A DNA stretch of 64,000 bases, from contig NMRA01000659.1 in the NCBI GenBank assembly GCA_002633005.1, positions 158,419 through 222,418 of the forward strand. Direction: 5' to 3'. This DNA is from Phoronis australis. Its lineage: Eukaryota > Animalia > Phoronida. The translations under genes and the position numbers were made by a program. Shown here in pieces: positions 24,961 to 39,400 of this stretch (within the stretch, counting starts at the first letter, position 1; each line of letters opens with the position of its first letter). The notes below the pieces were generated by a model. The model was not told where the DNA came from, did no database searches, and was given only the letters and a program-made list of their open reading frames with translations.

Positions 24961-26949
24961 GTGAAATGATTAGATCAACATCTCATGTCGAATTTGATGG
25001 CTCCATTGTCAATGGAGTTGATGGAGATTTATATTTTTAAGTTATACATGATTTAATTCTGTTGGTCTTCCAACCATCACTTTCACAAAGTTAACTAGAG
25101 TACTTTTCTAACAGTTGAAATTGGGAATATTTCCACAATAATACAGCTGGACAGTTTCCGACACAACCTGTGAAAATGTGCTTGACAATCACATTTTGAC
25201 GAAGTCAATGAAAACAACATGCTATCTAATACCTCCTGGAAATAGAAGAGTTCTATCATAGTGTAATCCGGGATGTCGCTATTTGGGAACCTGCTTCTGC
25301 TTATTATGGACAGTGTATGAGTAGGAGTGCCTGCACACACCCACAAGACTAACACCAGGTGAGAGGTAACAACAAACGGAACATGGTGCATACAAAATCT
25401 TTCGCAATGGCTCATCCTGTTAATTAAGTTACCATCATCATATGGTAATTGAATGTTATATTACATTATACCTTGTTATATGGCGGTAAAACCCTTTATT
25501 TGTGTGGAAGGTACCCACTCTTAGATGTCTCTGTTTATCTTAGTAATACCTTATTTGGGCACGCTACATGTGATAATAGGCAATTGCCCATTAGCGAGTG
25601 GCTCACAGAGGCTCATATGATTCACCAGAAGCCCGTCTACAACACCCCGCTCCCCAACTGAACAGTCGCCCTACCTGACGACAGTGTCTGTAATAGTACT
25701 GTGGTTTGTACTCAGGAACTACACTTACCTTACATGGCACAATTAGAATGGTTTATTATATAAGTCTTGCCAAACTGTTCTATGAAATGTGACTCATATG
25801 CATGTGGTCTTGTGTATTGCAAAAACATGTTGTTGTACAGTAGTTAGTCAGTCTGCAATAAAGTAGTGTTCAAGTATTAAGATGTCTTCTTCACTCCTCT
25901 CTCCACATTAGACATAACAGTGTCCACTGAACACCAAATTGTCTTGCACGAAAGTCATCAACTTCACTTGATATCCTTACCGCGCCACAACACAGGAGAA
26001 CACAAGGTTGTCTCTCTGCTGGTCCTTGACTCCTGGAACTTTTACCATCACCACACCGTGCACACCATCCGACATCCATAGGTACTAAGTTGGCAGAAGT
26101 TTTTCGGTATGATCATCTGTTTGCAGGCTACCCCAGTTATTAAGTAATAACAGTGGGATAATTTGACTAGGGAACCGAATTAGTGACCCCCATAAAACCA
26201 GCAAGCGTGCTAACCATTCAGCTAATACTATAGTATTTTTAGTATACTACTAGGCAATTGCCAGGCTTACTAAGTCAGAACTGCTGAGGCTGGTATTATT
26301 CATATAGGAAGCAACAATATAACAACATGAACAGCCTCCTAAGTCCCAAGGTGTCCCTCTGTGCTCACAAGGTACTTAATAGCAACTATTTTTGCGAAAA
26401 TTGAAAAGCTTCCGTAGTATGGCGGTGATGATCACAGTCTGCCAGCTAAGCTGGCCTTAATATTATACTAGTATTATACTATAATACTAATACTATTATA
26501 GTATACTATGATAGGGTAGGCCATCCAAAATCTGGGAGACTATCAAAAGTTCTTAGCCTTAGGGCCTTAGGTATTGAAGCGCAGCACCGAAAAAAGTGTG
26601 GGCTACAGCCTACAGCCCCCGTGATGCACAGCCCACCCCATATGGACCATGGGTACATATACTAGCCCCCAGGCCCAGCCCCTACGCTGCCCATGTTGTT
26701 AGATCATAACTCATACTTAGCCAGCTAGCTTTGTACCAAGGCTAACTCATACTCTACTCTAGTAGGCTAACTGAACAAATTCATAGTAAGGATACTTGCT
26801 TTTAAGCGGCTTTCATCGGTGACCGGGCAAGTCTACGAAATAACCGCTCTCGGCTCACAAACCCGTCCAACCGGGACAACACCGCGTCAAGCAACCACCT
26901 CAATAACTTTTTACTCTCGCGACATCTGGCGAGCTAGCGTGTGATGTAA

Positions 26950-27135
26950 ATCCGAGGCGCGTATTAGCGCGGAGCGCAGGGAAGGTCGGGAGGGGGTTTT
27001 ACCCTCCCCTGTAAGAATTTTTGTGGTTTTTAATTCCTGATTTCGTTTTTCTGGTGAAATTTTTTTCAATTTTCATTTTTGACCCTGTCCCGAGGAAGGT
27101 TTGAACCCCCTGAAACCCCTGTAGATCCGCCTCTG
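26950..27135. mobile_element. MITE-like fragment ending in GATCCGCCTCTG
   Basis: G/C-run-rich terminus (TTTGAACCCCCTGAAACCCCTGTAGATCCGCCTCTG). Related termini in the opposite orientation at about 48128 and 63970. Confidence 0.45.
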
Positions 27136-30100
27136 GATTCCGTACATGCTCCCGACCACCTTGACGAGAATTCTACAGTTACAACCAGTGGCAACTGTTA
27201 TTCTTTTGTTGATGTGTTATGTACCAATTACCTAATTTTTGTAGCCAATAAAAACTATTGCATAAGTCATGCCGAACGGTTTAGAATTATTTCAAGGTAA
27301 CTTTTCGGTTCCGGACACAAGTTTTGACGGAGCGTGTAAGTCACCAATGAAGAAACCGTTGTTGCAATGGTAGAGTGTCGAACCGCCAGGTTCACTTAAC
27401 TAAGCGTTCACAGTACAACTCAGGTCAGTCACGACAACAATGCAGCTAGGGTACTGCCATGCTCGTTAATTGAATAGTGACACGGCATGGAAATTGTTTT
27501 CAAAGGGGGGTGTTCCTGATATCAACTTTTTTTAGGAAAACCAATCACCTATGGATACGAAATGCAGTTTTTAATCTCCACTTCATTCATTTAACAAAAA
27601 AGAGTGAAACAGTGACTTCAATTGACGTATCGCAAGCTCCGCCCCCTTACGAAAAGACCAAAAACGTCGAATTAACCAGACCCACTGATGATAGTCTGAC
27701 AAACCGTTGAAACTGAAATCGAATGACCTAACTTACATTGGCAATTTATGGCCATATAACGTTTTGTTGTGGTGATGGACCGTTCGGAGTAGGCAGGCGG
27801 GTTACTACGGACGGTCAGAAACCGCAAGTCCTTCCGTTCGATTATTCTTTATTGCTCTTCAATCTGACTGCGGCGCCTAAGATAAGAGTTTCCTGAAGAA
27901 TTAAGACGACGTCTGATTTCATCTTTCTCCCTTTTTGTCGACGGAAACAGAGTTCATATTTGAATTCCTCATAAAAATCGGAGTATATGCCCTTTTTTCT
28001 CACAAAAAAATCGGTCAAGTTTTGTGGGAGATAGCTGTAAGCGATTTGGATCAGATGATTTCATTGTCTATCCGGTATTACTAAACGCGTCGCTATTTGT
28101 GAAATAAATACTTTTCAAATGTCATGAACTGGTAATTCACCAACAAAGGTACATATTGAAGTCTGCGGGGAGATTAATTTTAGTCAAATTTGAGCGAAAA
28201 CAACAAATGCTATGATTTGTTTTGTAACTCAACAACGGTCTACAATTCGCGCAGTGAACTCAGTGGTTAGCCTCCGGTTTCTACTCGTGTGTGCAGATGC
28301 GCGTTATCTATAACATAAAGGAAAGTTCACATGAAGTCCGTCGCTCCACTACAGACCTTCGTTGCGCCCATTTCGTCATCGCCAGCTTTGTCCCAGGTAG
28401 TGCACCTCGCCTTTAATTAGTGTCGAAGTGTTTTAGTCTTTTTTCGGGGACGCGGGGGGAGGCTGGCTGGTTCCCTACTGGCCTTTAGCACTAGTAAAGT
28501 CAGTCGGTCGGCTAAATGGCCTGGGTGACGTCAGTTCGTCGGATTTCACTCCCTTCAGCATCCATTGCGTAATATATACATATGTGCTTCTTCGGACCTG
28601 TCGCCGCCAAACTTGATTCTCGTTTTCGCGGTAATTATCGCCTAAATTTCGCCACATTCCGCCTCTGTTTTGTTTTGTAATCATTCGCCGGTATTTCGTC
28701 ACACCAAAACCATTGCACTCTTCGATCGTTGTCTTTTTATTTCTTTCTACGTGATGTTACGCGGACACACCCGAATAGTTACAAAACAGTGAGAAACAAC
28801 ATGACCGCCGGCCCTCCAAATCGGACCGACTCACCACAAAACAGGACCTACGGGGATCAAATGGGACCGCAGGACCAGAAAATCAGACCAGATAAAATGT
28901 AGTTATCAATACCTGTGGGTTATGACTAACCGGTCATACAGCTAGCTGTATAAAGACAATCGCCAAAATACAGCTGGTACATGTAGGTAGCACTGTGTGT
29001 TGAGTTGCGTAAGACCCCGAAATTTCCCACAGCCCGGGTGGTTCTGCTCGTCACCTCGTCGTGAAACTTTCAACATGTAAAGTTAACAACCGGCAGATGC
29101 AAAATCTGTGAGTCAACCAAAACTCACCATGCCCGTTGCAGCCGCTTGAGTGAAAAACAATGTAATAAACGTCATTTTCTTGCATAATTAATTCTTTGCC
29201 TTTTGTAACAAAGAAAGGCCTGTCGCGGTCATGACACGCGCACGCGCCATTTCCTAAAATTTTGCAACATCTTTCGGAAGATTTTGACAGCTTCGCAGCA
29301 AAATTTGTTCTAAAATTCGGTCTGCTGGCATTAAAATGCTAAAAACATGTAACGAAATGAAACCAGTTCCCACGGACAATTTGTTGTACGCAGCTCCGTG
29401 GAAGAGAAGAACAGTTGATTGAAGAACGGCAAAAAACTGGCCAACGAAAGCTGACCCAAAAGACCGCATCACAATTTTAACAGCAGAATAACGGCAGAAC
29501 GACAATTTTTGGCAAGCTCAGATAAACAATTTAGTTTACTCAAGGAGGAGTGTCATCAATAACACTAATTTTGTGAAAATTTTACTTGTTCAGTTTTTTT
29601 ACCCTCATCGGCCCAAAGCTGTATATTTAGTATAGTATTACAGTTTTGCCGCACCAAGGCTTACTCCCGTTTTTGACTTAAAACGTCAAATTGGAGAAAA
29701 TGAATTTCAGTTTATTCTAAAACTTCTGCAGTGGATAAAATGATAATTATTTAGTTCAGAAGTGTACAACGTACGTGACCAGTGCTGTACGTGGGGCGTA
29801 GGCGCACGTAAGCGCAACCAACCACTTTTTGTCATTCGAACATAGCGCATACCCTACGTAAGTTACGTTAAGTACTAAAGGTGGCTTTGGGCGCCTACTT
29901 AGCCTACCTCTAATTTTACCCCTACAGTACTGACAACGTCAGTGGTTTGGGGTTGGATTTATTAGCAAGCATTAAAATTGACCACTGGATTCTAAATTGG
30001 CGGCCAGTGAATATTCTTATTCACTAAAATGTTTGTCTAATTTCCGTCAAACTCCTACATTTCAATCTTGATTATTCTGACCGCTTTTGGGCCTATAGGC

Positions 30101-33099
30101 AACTAACCGGCATGTGAAAGGCTCGGTCGAATCGTTTACTCACAGGCAGTTTCGGGTTTGTTTTCAGCGGCGATTTCACTGATGGAAGCGACAAAATAAG
30201 CCGAAACTTTGACCATAATATGTTAAACATTAACATTCATCAAATTTTGAAGAAACTTGGCCACGTTTTCAAAGTACTTGTCTATGTTATGTGCTATCGG
30301 CAATGTGATTGGTTCAAAAACAAGACAACCACGCTGTCGGTTTTCTGCAAATCCCATGCATGTATCCTGTCTCCCGTTCCGTAACGGCTAGGACCTCGCT
30401 GAAAAGCAAGACTTCGCGAGATTACGTGATATATTGCCGTGTATTTTGTAATATGAACACGTGACTTTGGCTAGATTTTAGCTAGGTCCTAGCGCGAGTC
30501 GATCCCAGCGCGCTGCTGAACGCATGCCTGGATGTAGGCAACACGTAGCCCCGGCATCGGTTGGCCATTTAGGGGCTACAGTACTTTCCATCGCTTTCTG
30601 TACGCATTTCGTTCTATGTATTTTAAACGGGCGGTAGGCCAAATAAGACCACCGATTAGGAATTTTCACCTCGTCAAAAATCGCCACACTTAAATCTATC
30701 ACTAAAAAAGCGCTTACTTTCTTCAGCGCCTTCTTTCTACTTCTACACAGATCTTCGATAAAGCTTAGTTACGAGAATAAGGTGACTTTGGCGAAGACTT
30801 TCAACTCCATTTTTTGGCCACCGTTAACTTTTTCACCACACGCGCGATAACCACAAAGTATTTCAACTGAGTCACATGAGTTAGGCAAAGGCTAGCGCGA
30901 GACGTGGAAGCGTGACACTTGCAAAATAGCACGAGAAGGATCCGGTGAAATTTGTAAGATTTGTGTTTCTTCGTTTTTTTACTCGTCAACATGCGTGATT
31001 TCACGTAACTTCCTTAAAATGGCACCAGAAACTCGAGCAAACAACCACAGATTTTTATCCGATTTGTTCAAATTATCGTAACTGAATCGTTTCCCAACTT
31101 ATGATGTGTGTTAATTATAACTCCATGTGCATATATTCATGTTGCATTTGATTTTATTTCCTGTATTTTGAAATTCGTAACTTTTAGTGGGGATGTACTA
31201 TCGCCCCTGTATGCCTGCGGGATCCAGGGCGATGTATATTGCCTAGCCTGGATGGAGTTAACAGAGTGATTTTCGCGCACACACAGTTCACGGTTTCAAT
31301 ATTGATGGTAATGGGTACAGTACAATGAACTTTCATCCTACCAACACGACTTGTCCATCCATGCTCTGTAACGCCTCGGCAACCCTCAGAAGTTTGGAGG
31401 AAATTTAGAAAACTCCTTTCAAAGTCTGCCACATGGGTAAGCGTGACTTGGGCTTTTTTAGCGAATTACACGACAATTGTGGGGCCCCCAAGGACCGTAT
31501 CCAATTTGTGAGATAGGGAGTGCGAGTTTTTAAGTTAATTCCTGTCTTTATCTTTCACTAATGACGCCAATGACAAAACTAGGATTGGTTGAAATCATCA
31601 CAGGGTTTGTACCCTTTTATAAACCGAAAGAACATGACCTTGGTAACTGGTAATCGTTACTTATTCATTTTTGTTATCGAAAACCTAAGGCAGTATCTGA
31701 TCTGCTTGCTTCAGTGGCTCTTTTGTTATATCCGACAAAAGTCTGGACGCAGAAATTAACAAAAGAACCGGATGCTATCACTAAGGTCAGATCCAGTTTC
31801 TCTGATAAAACCTATTGAACTGGAGAAGGCTCTAATGATGGGGTATAGTTGAAGATTCTGTGGGTTGTTCGGTGGCGAGTGTGGAGGACGCTGTAGAGTA
31901 TTTTAGACTGCTGTGGTCATTGTAGGGGTGATCTGAAGTTTGTAGGATGTTGTGAAATTTTTTTTTTGCTTGTTGTGGTGTTTGTGGGATATGTTATAGC
32001 ACGTACGCTTTCATAGACATTTATCCGAGGCATAGACCACTATAAATTATGACATTGGAACGAGGAAAATCGAGACATGGAATCTAGAGAGCGGGAAACA
32101 ACAGGAATATAAAAAAATTGCAGGTGGTCTGGTACACGTTGTACCAGACGTGCGCAAGCCCCTCAGGTGGGGCTATTGTACTGATTACCTGTTATCATTT
32201 TTATGCTTTATTAATATATAGATAAAACCGAGCTAAGAACCTTACTAAGTGTGCCCCAGTGGGATTCGGACCCACCGAAGAGGACACTTGCCTCCTTTAA
32301 ACAAAAAGAAAATGAACATAGGCCTATTGTTTTGGAACGGTGAATTTGCCGTGTTGAACGTCCAAATTTAAAACTTTTGACACCCGTGAAAAGTTAATTT
32401 GGGAAATAAAACTGACCAAGAAACAGTCATTATACGAATTCCAAATGTGTTGTTTCCTTTCGACCTCGAGTTCAAAATTCATGCCACCTAAAGTGGACGG
32501 CAACGGCAACGGACCAATATTGCCGTCTTTGCGGCAATAGGACATGTCCAATAAAGGGGTGTGGAGGTTATTTTTAAATGAAAATAAAGTCAAATTTCTG
32601 GATCCTGAAGAAGAATGAAAAATGAAAATATAAATTTTTCGTCCGGGTTTGAGAGCCCCAACCCCCACCCCCTCTGAATAATGCATCAATTGTTACACAA
32701 ACGTAACCAAAGTTACAGACTTTTGAAATCAGTCAGTGGATTTTTAAGTGAATGGACGATTCACAGAGATATAATTAGAATACTCCTTATACTTTTGCAC
32801 AAAAACCTGAAAATTGTACAACTTTGCTTTTTACAGCAGTGTTTATCAAAATGTACCATAGATAAATCTTCTCCAACGGATTACAAAGTAGCCGGTTGAG
32901 CACAAATTTCAGTTCAACAAAAGTTGCCATGTTTTCGGTGCGGAACTTGAACAACGGGAATTGTGATCATTTTAATCACTCCAAAAGTAACATCTTCGTG
33001 ACTAAAAATTGTTGATAACAGTTCAGTCATACAGAATAATATGGAAAAGATAGGTCTCATTAAATTTCACCGTAAAATATTGGTGAAAATAATTTATAT

Positions 33100-34010
33100 G
33101 CAGTTCTAAACTCGAAACCCAGAAGAAACGCGTTATTAGCTTTTAAATTATTTAACACAATGATAGCACTCAATTTATTATATGGAACATTATTATGGGG
33201 TACTACCCATTGGAAACAAACTGAAAATGTTCAAACAAAATTCTTTAAATGGTTACTGTGTACTGGTATTAAGACAACCAACGCCTTGGCAAAGGGAGAG
33301 TGTGACCGTCATGATAACTCTATTAAAATATTTTTTGAAAATAATATTGAGAATGCAAAATGATAGACTTCCAAAACAATGTTTTTCAGGTTATATGAAA
33401 GGCACAGACAAAATAATTGGTGTACCCGTATTAAAAATTTGTTTACAACTGGTTTCGGTCATTGAAAAAGGGAGTCAACTATGAACAATATTTTTGTCGA
33501 AATTCAAACAAGATGTTAACATTCAAAGTTGGTTGTAGGTAGTAGAAAATACAAATTACTGCGAATTTCAGAGGGGAATTAAGGCTTAGTTGTGTTGTGA
33601 AAAGTACTATGTGGGGAGATGACGCAGCAGCAAATATTTTACACAGCGAACATTAGATGTTCAACTCACTCATTATAAATTGAAAACGGCAGAAGAAATG
33701 GTATTCTCCGAAGTGAAAAGAACTTGTAACATTTGTAATACAGGAGAGATTGAGACAGACGAGCATTTCATATTACGTTGTCCAGTAACAGTGGATTTAA
33801 GAAACAGATTAAACCACGCTACCACGATATCAGGTATCTTTTTAATTCGAGAACAGCAAACACCTGTAAAGCATTTAGTGTGAATAAAAAGGGCAATGAC
33901 AATCAGAAAATAAATGTTAAATCTTTATTCAATGGCTGTGTTTGTATATACTATTGTGAGTTGTGGGCCTGTGGACCGTCTTGTTCAAAATATTAACTAA
34001 AATAAACTCG
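33100..34010 (+). pseudogene. Decayed 3' end of a non-LTR retrotransposon ORF2 (CR1/L2-group)
   Basis: Interrupted translation KLFNTMIALNLLYGTLLWG...ENVQTKFFKWLL...RMQNDRLPKQ...RCSTHSL*IENGR...RTCNICNTGEIETDEHFILRCP, the typical post-RT and CCHC C-terminus. Contains stops and frameshifts. Confidence 0.8.
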
Positions 34011-35357
34011 TAACCTATACCACGGTCGTCCAAGAAGGCCTACCCGTTGAACAAGTGACCCAAATTCCGCCACAAAAATGCATAACCCAATTTTGATACT
34101 TTTATTTCATCTGCGTGTGATGCATTATCATCCTCAACATTGGAAAATTAGGCAAATCTTTCGCTCACAGGATTTCCACGTAAGTGGACGAGAAAGCGTG
34201 CTCTGTTTCCTCGAGAGTATCTAGCGAATTCCTCGGCATATCAAAGGCTTTATGGCGCCGCCACGGAGCAGTGAGTCGGTAGCTATCCATAGGCTACGTG
34301 TTGGATGAGACAATTCAGTGCTGACGTAAACCAACATGCCTTTTTTACGTACGAGTTCCAAGACAAAAACGAACAATAAATAAGGCAAACGACCAAAGTT
34401 GAAAAGTAAATAGTACCCGTCATTGAATTTTTAAAATCGATGTATTGTAAGAGAAATTGACGAATAGGTTTTCTTCAGCATCGCGGCTAAACCATGATTG
34501 CATTTATTTGTGAATCGATTAGGAAAAATCGACTAGTCACAGTCTGGCTTAGGCTCGCTTAGGCGTTGGGGTAATACTGAAACCTCAAATGTTAGCCATG
34601 TCTCTTCGTGAAACCCCCAAAAAATCGATCATGGGTCATTTGCCCCTTATTCAATATTTTATGAAAGACGATAGAACGACGAAGCATCTCCATTACCCCT
34701 GCTCGCGCAGCCAACTATTGCATAAAAATCTATCCACAATTAAAGTGAGTACATTCTGCCTAGAGAGAAATGTGTTCTTGCTTCAAGAATCCACATAATG
34801 AAATGATTCTCTTTCAACATCATGACGAATGAACTAATTGATGACGTCATACGAAAACACTCTACAGGTGGCCATTGCATAGTTGGAAACCAAGCAATGA
34901 TCTCAAAAAATTGTGATGTTCTGTTTCAAGCTCTAGTTGTCATTATGGTACTCGCAAAACATCCGTTCCCTGCGTTCGTGTCACTAAACTTTCAATAGTA
35001 TCACGGCGCACGCAGGGCTTAGGTCTACTTCGGAAAAGCGTGACTAAAACATTGCAAACTGAAATGCGCTTATCTATGCTTCGTTCTGTGGAGACTGAAA
35101 ATATTGCCTTCACCTGTTGGGATAATTTTGCCTTTATAGACAACAAAAGATACCTATCCGATACCCAAGAACTGTTCACATTACCCTTTTATGGTGACAG
35201 TTAGGCAGGCGCAATAGAGGCAGATCTGGGAGTTTTCATTATAGTCCTAGAGGCAGATATACAAAATCAGATAAGAGATATTTATCTCTTCCTGACTGGC
35301 TGGTGAATAGTTGAATTTGTCAAGAATTGTATCTTGATGATTATGTAGATTTATAGT

Positions 35358-35428
35358 GCCGTTTACACTTGAAGTTGACACAGATCAGCTGACACGGAAC
35401 AACTTAGTTGTTCCAGAGTGTAAACGGC
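35358..35428. mobile_element. 71-bp mini inverted-repeat element
   Basis: 12-bp TIR GCCGTTTACACT / AGTGTAAACGGC and an internal hairpin GGAACAACT-T-AGTTGTTCC. Confidence 0.5.
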
Positions 35429-35610
35429 CTGACACGGAGCAAATTGACACAGCGTGACAAATTTTTGCCACCCGTTTGTGAGGTAAAGCAAACGGGACTT
35501 ATGTTAGCGACCACTAACGGCCACTTATAGTATTGTGACTGCCAATCACTTGACTCCTCCCAGTGACCACACATGTTCCTGTAACCACATGTGTTTCTTC
35601 ATCTAGTACA

Positions 35611-35635
35611 AAAAATATATATATATGTATGCAGT

Positions 35636-35668
<33 letters not shown>

Positions 35669-35680
35669 TATGTGTGTATG
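35611..35680. repeat. (TA)n / poly-A microsatellite
   Basis: Directly visible. Confidence 0.9.
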
Positions 35681-35914
35681 CATGTTACGTATTAGCTAGT
35701 CGTGTCTTGTTCTATTTATCCAACCTCGTCGTTCGTTTTCCTATAATCACAAATTCCCACCAGGGACACTTACAACTACTTGTCTTCAAAACAGAATTTT
35801 TATTAAGATTAGGTTAAAGTTGATGTTGACATGTATTTTGACTTAGTGCAGTGCAAACTTATCGTGAACATGCTTATTGGAGTGAGCTTCTCAGTAAAGT
35901 TTCATCGTGCATTA

Positions 35915-36020
35915 TAAGTTCACGATTCCAAGTTCATGACTTACTGTACGTGAACTTGAGAAATTCATTCCAAGTTCACTCAAGATTCCAAGTTCACTCA
36001 AGATTCCAAGTTCACGTACA
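35915..36020. repeat. 18-bp tandem repeats (ATTCCAAGTTCACTCAAG), related to the MITE at 55185
   Basis: Repeated ATTCCAAGTTCA motif shared with 55185-55373. Confidence 0.7.
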
Positions 36021-36480
36021 ACACGCACATCATAAGTGCCGAGCTATATACCAAAGACGTCTACTGTCTCTGGCTATACTAAGCAGAGATGTCGCTCGTG
36101 TACCGTGTTGGGTGATGTGATTCGATCATAGACATCTTAATTAAAGTGATGTCTATGGATTCGACCTTTCTACGAACAGCGAAAATCAGAGACGCGTTCC
36201 ACCTTTCGTTTGGTCTACAAGCTCATGACCATTGCGGGTTAGAAGTTGGTCAATTTTTAATAGAATCACAAGACGCGATGACTTCACTTTGTAAAATCGT
36301 GGTGCAATTTGCGCGTGACGTGTTTTCGTCTATTGACCCATATAATTATGTCGTCAACGAGTGACCTAGTTTACAGCGATAACAACGGAAGGAGGACCGT
36401 CTCGTTGAGTTGCACAAACGTAATCTCCTAGCTGAGTATGAAGTGAACGTTGCTGTCTTGATAGTGTTTAGATTGTCAAA

Positions 36481-39400
36481 ATGTTCGCTCTGCGAGCTCA
36501 CACTGTGGCCCAAGCTATTACAGGCACATCTAAGTTGCTCTTGGACATCGTTTGTAATTGCAGCCGTAGGAGTCAACATCAGGTTCGGTACAGTGCAGTA
36601 ATCAGTTGTCTACTCTACTAGGTTGTAGCAATTGTAAATCACCTTGTTCCCAGTTTTTGACGCGGCACCAGTTGATTCAAAGCTAGGCGTCATAAGTAAG
36701 GAGCAATTATTTGTCGGCGAGTGATTAAGACAAGCTTAGGTTAAATTACAACCACTAGGTCTACTGCAGACTAACATCGCTTGTGGACAACGCAGGCGAT
36801 GACCTGCTGCACGGCTGGCTTTTTCAAATTTTTGGTGTAGGACTAGGGGATGGAACGTACTATGGAAAATATGTCTTTGACATTTGTACAACACTGTACA
36901 GATCAAAATTACAGATTATGGGAAGTTGGGCAAAACAACTTGCTTTCTGAAACTTGATTGTGATGGCCATTTGTGTATTGTGATGAACAAGTTTTTAATG
37001 CTTTAGAATGTGTTGGAATGTTGGACAATGTTATGTTTCTATAGAATGATACCCATGTAAAGGGTATCTCAAACCATTTTATTGACCTCCATTCTAACTC
37101 ATTTATCCAAAAACCTAGCCTAGTCTAATACTAAAGGTACATATTTAAAGAAAAAAGATCAGGGAATGCAAAAATATGTTTTATATTTATGTGCATTATC
37201 ATTATTACATTTTTCAAGTTAAAAATTACATGTTTAAGAAAGCTATATTCATAGCAAAATGAGCTCTTGATTAATTTTAATGAAACCTTTTTAAATGAAA
37301 ACTTGACAAGTTACCTCAAAAGTGCTGTTAAGAATTTTCAATTAGTCCTTTTGTTTGATTGCTATCTTGACAATTAAACAATTTGCAAAGCGTAAGGTAT
37401 TTTTGTAAAAAATAAAAGATGTATACATCTTTGTTACATTGCGCAAAAACTTTTCATCAAAAATCCTAACAGTGTTTTTGAGACTGATGAATATCTAGTT
37501 TGAAAGTTTCAGCGAAATCCACCAAGTCGTTTTCAAGAACGTGTGTTCAAGTTCAAATTAGGTTGATGTGTTGAGAAAAAGCCAATTATGTGGCGATACA
37601 TGAAAATCTCAAGGTCTTCAATTAATTATTCAGTGGAAACTTGTTTTTGGTCGATATAACCTATACAAGTCGTGTTCATTATTTCAACATTCATGCGCAA
37701 TGTCAACTGAATTTGCAATGCTTCGTTAAAACGTTAATACTTTTTATCGTCCCCAGCCGAGAGGCAAGATCAACTGTTGACTTATTTAAACAGTACACAC
37801 CGTGGATTTTTGCACATTTTGAATTACCGGTGGCCACAGACTAAATGTATGACGTAAAATTTAGCTAAACCCATGTTTATTTTGTGTAATTAGCTAGAAA
37901 TTTTGATTTTTCTTTCAATTTTGCCAATTTTCACATTTCCCGCCATGTGACGTCATGGGTTGAACACAAGAGATCAGTGACTAGCATTGAACAATGGCGG
38001 AGAGCAGGAAATTTGAAAGCGACGACGATTATGAACAAGAATTGAAAAAAATACTATAAAGAAACGTACTGGATTGGAGGACATGGGGTTGCACGAAAGC
38101 GAGAATAAGTTTAATGTGCTTCCGGCAGCGTACTTTTCTACTTTGAGCCTTACGAACTGGATCCTCCCGCGAGAGAAGCGGCCTCGGGCTCAGCGAGTCA
38201 ACCCAGTCATCAAACAGACGATCCTGAATTAAGAGCTAATGTTTCTGAATGATAAATATTGTCCTTTATTGAACCAGGCCTTCATCGTAACGTCTCCTGT
38301 GACTGGAGTCAAAACACGAGTCCTCAAAGTGGGCAGAACACAGAGTGGCCCAGGACCGAATCGCTTGGTCCACGATGACGTCCCACTCTGTCGTTGGCGC
38401 ACGAAGCGATGCCACTTCTGCGCAACTTTGGTGTCCTTCGGAACACCGAGACGTTCTCTGTCTGGCTGCTGTTGCTGCAGCCTCCGGAAACATCTTTTGA
38501 TCTCTCTACGAACCTTCTGGACGCTAAATGTACTTTGCTTTCTCTTCACTCTATACACTTTGTCTCTGATCCGAACAGTATGGCGAACGACTTGGGTTCA
38601 ACACATGACGTTGTACATGATTATTATTTTTTCAATTTTTGCGTGTTTCTTTATGAGATGTGCACTAAAGGCAGTGAAATCTAGTAAGATATAATAATAA
38701 AATTTATTTTGAGGTACTAGAGTCATGTTGTGTACACTTTAAAAGTTGCCGGGTCAGGAGTTCATTCCTATACACACCACGCGTCAGGAGACTGATAAGA
38801 AACCAAGTAAGAACTGGTTAAAGCACGCCGTGAGCATGAGATTGAAACTGTGGAATGTCAAGTTACCTATCAAATTAAAGAAATTGAATGAGGATTTATC
38901 TCTTTTCACAACTTGCTGTGTTTGTGAACACAAAGTCAAAGATGTGTGAGGTGACTCGTAGCATTCATTCTCAACAGTTGTATGCATGCAGACACACAAC
39001 TCCCTCAGGATCAAAACTTATAATGTTTTGTCATTGTTTTCCTCGGCTTCGTTCTATAATTTGTACACCTCGGTGATTCAATGTTATGGCGACTCGGTGA
39101 ATGAAGGGACTGAGGGTACATAGGAAGCTGCTCTGTACCTGGCATGATAGTCGATTTGAACGACATTCCTGTAACCTTTGACCTGAGATAAGTAGTCAAA
39201 GTAAACAAATTTTCATGGTTCTTCGTCTTGCGTAATTATTTTCTCTCCTTTGACGGCAATATTTTCTGAATATGACAAGAAGAAGAACCTGCAATATTAC
39301 TGTGTTGTTATTCATATTTAGCATATTTTCAGGCATTTAAAAGTGCGGCGGTGACAGACAACTTAGTGAGTGCATTGACAAAGGTTGTTGGTGAGGAAAA

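Noticed and set aside
31019-31436. Two-exon plus-strand gene start (MAPETRANNHRF...)
   Set aside because: All three frames of the second segment hit stops and there is no recognisable homology.
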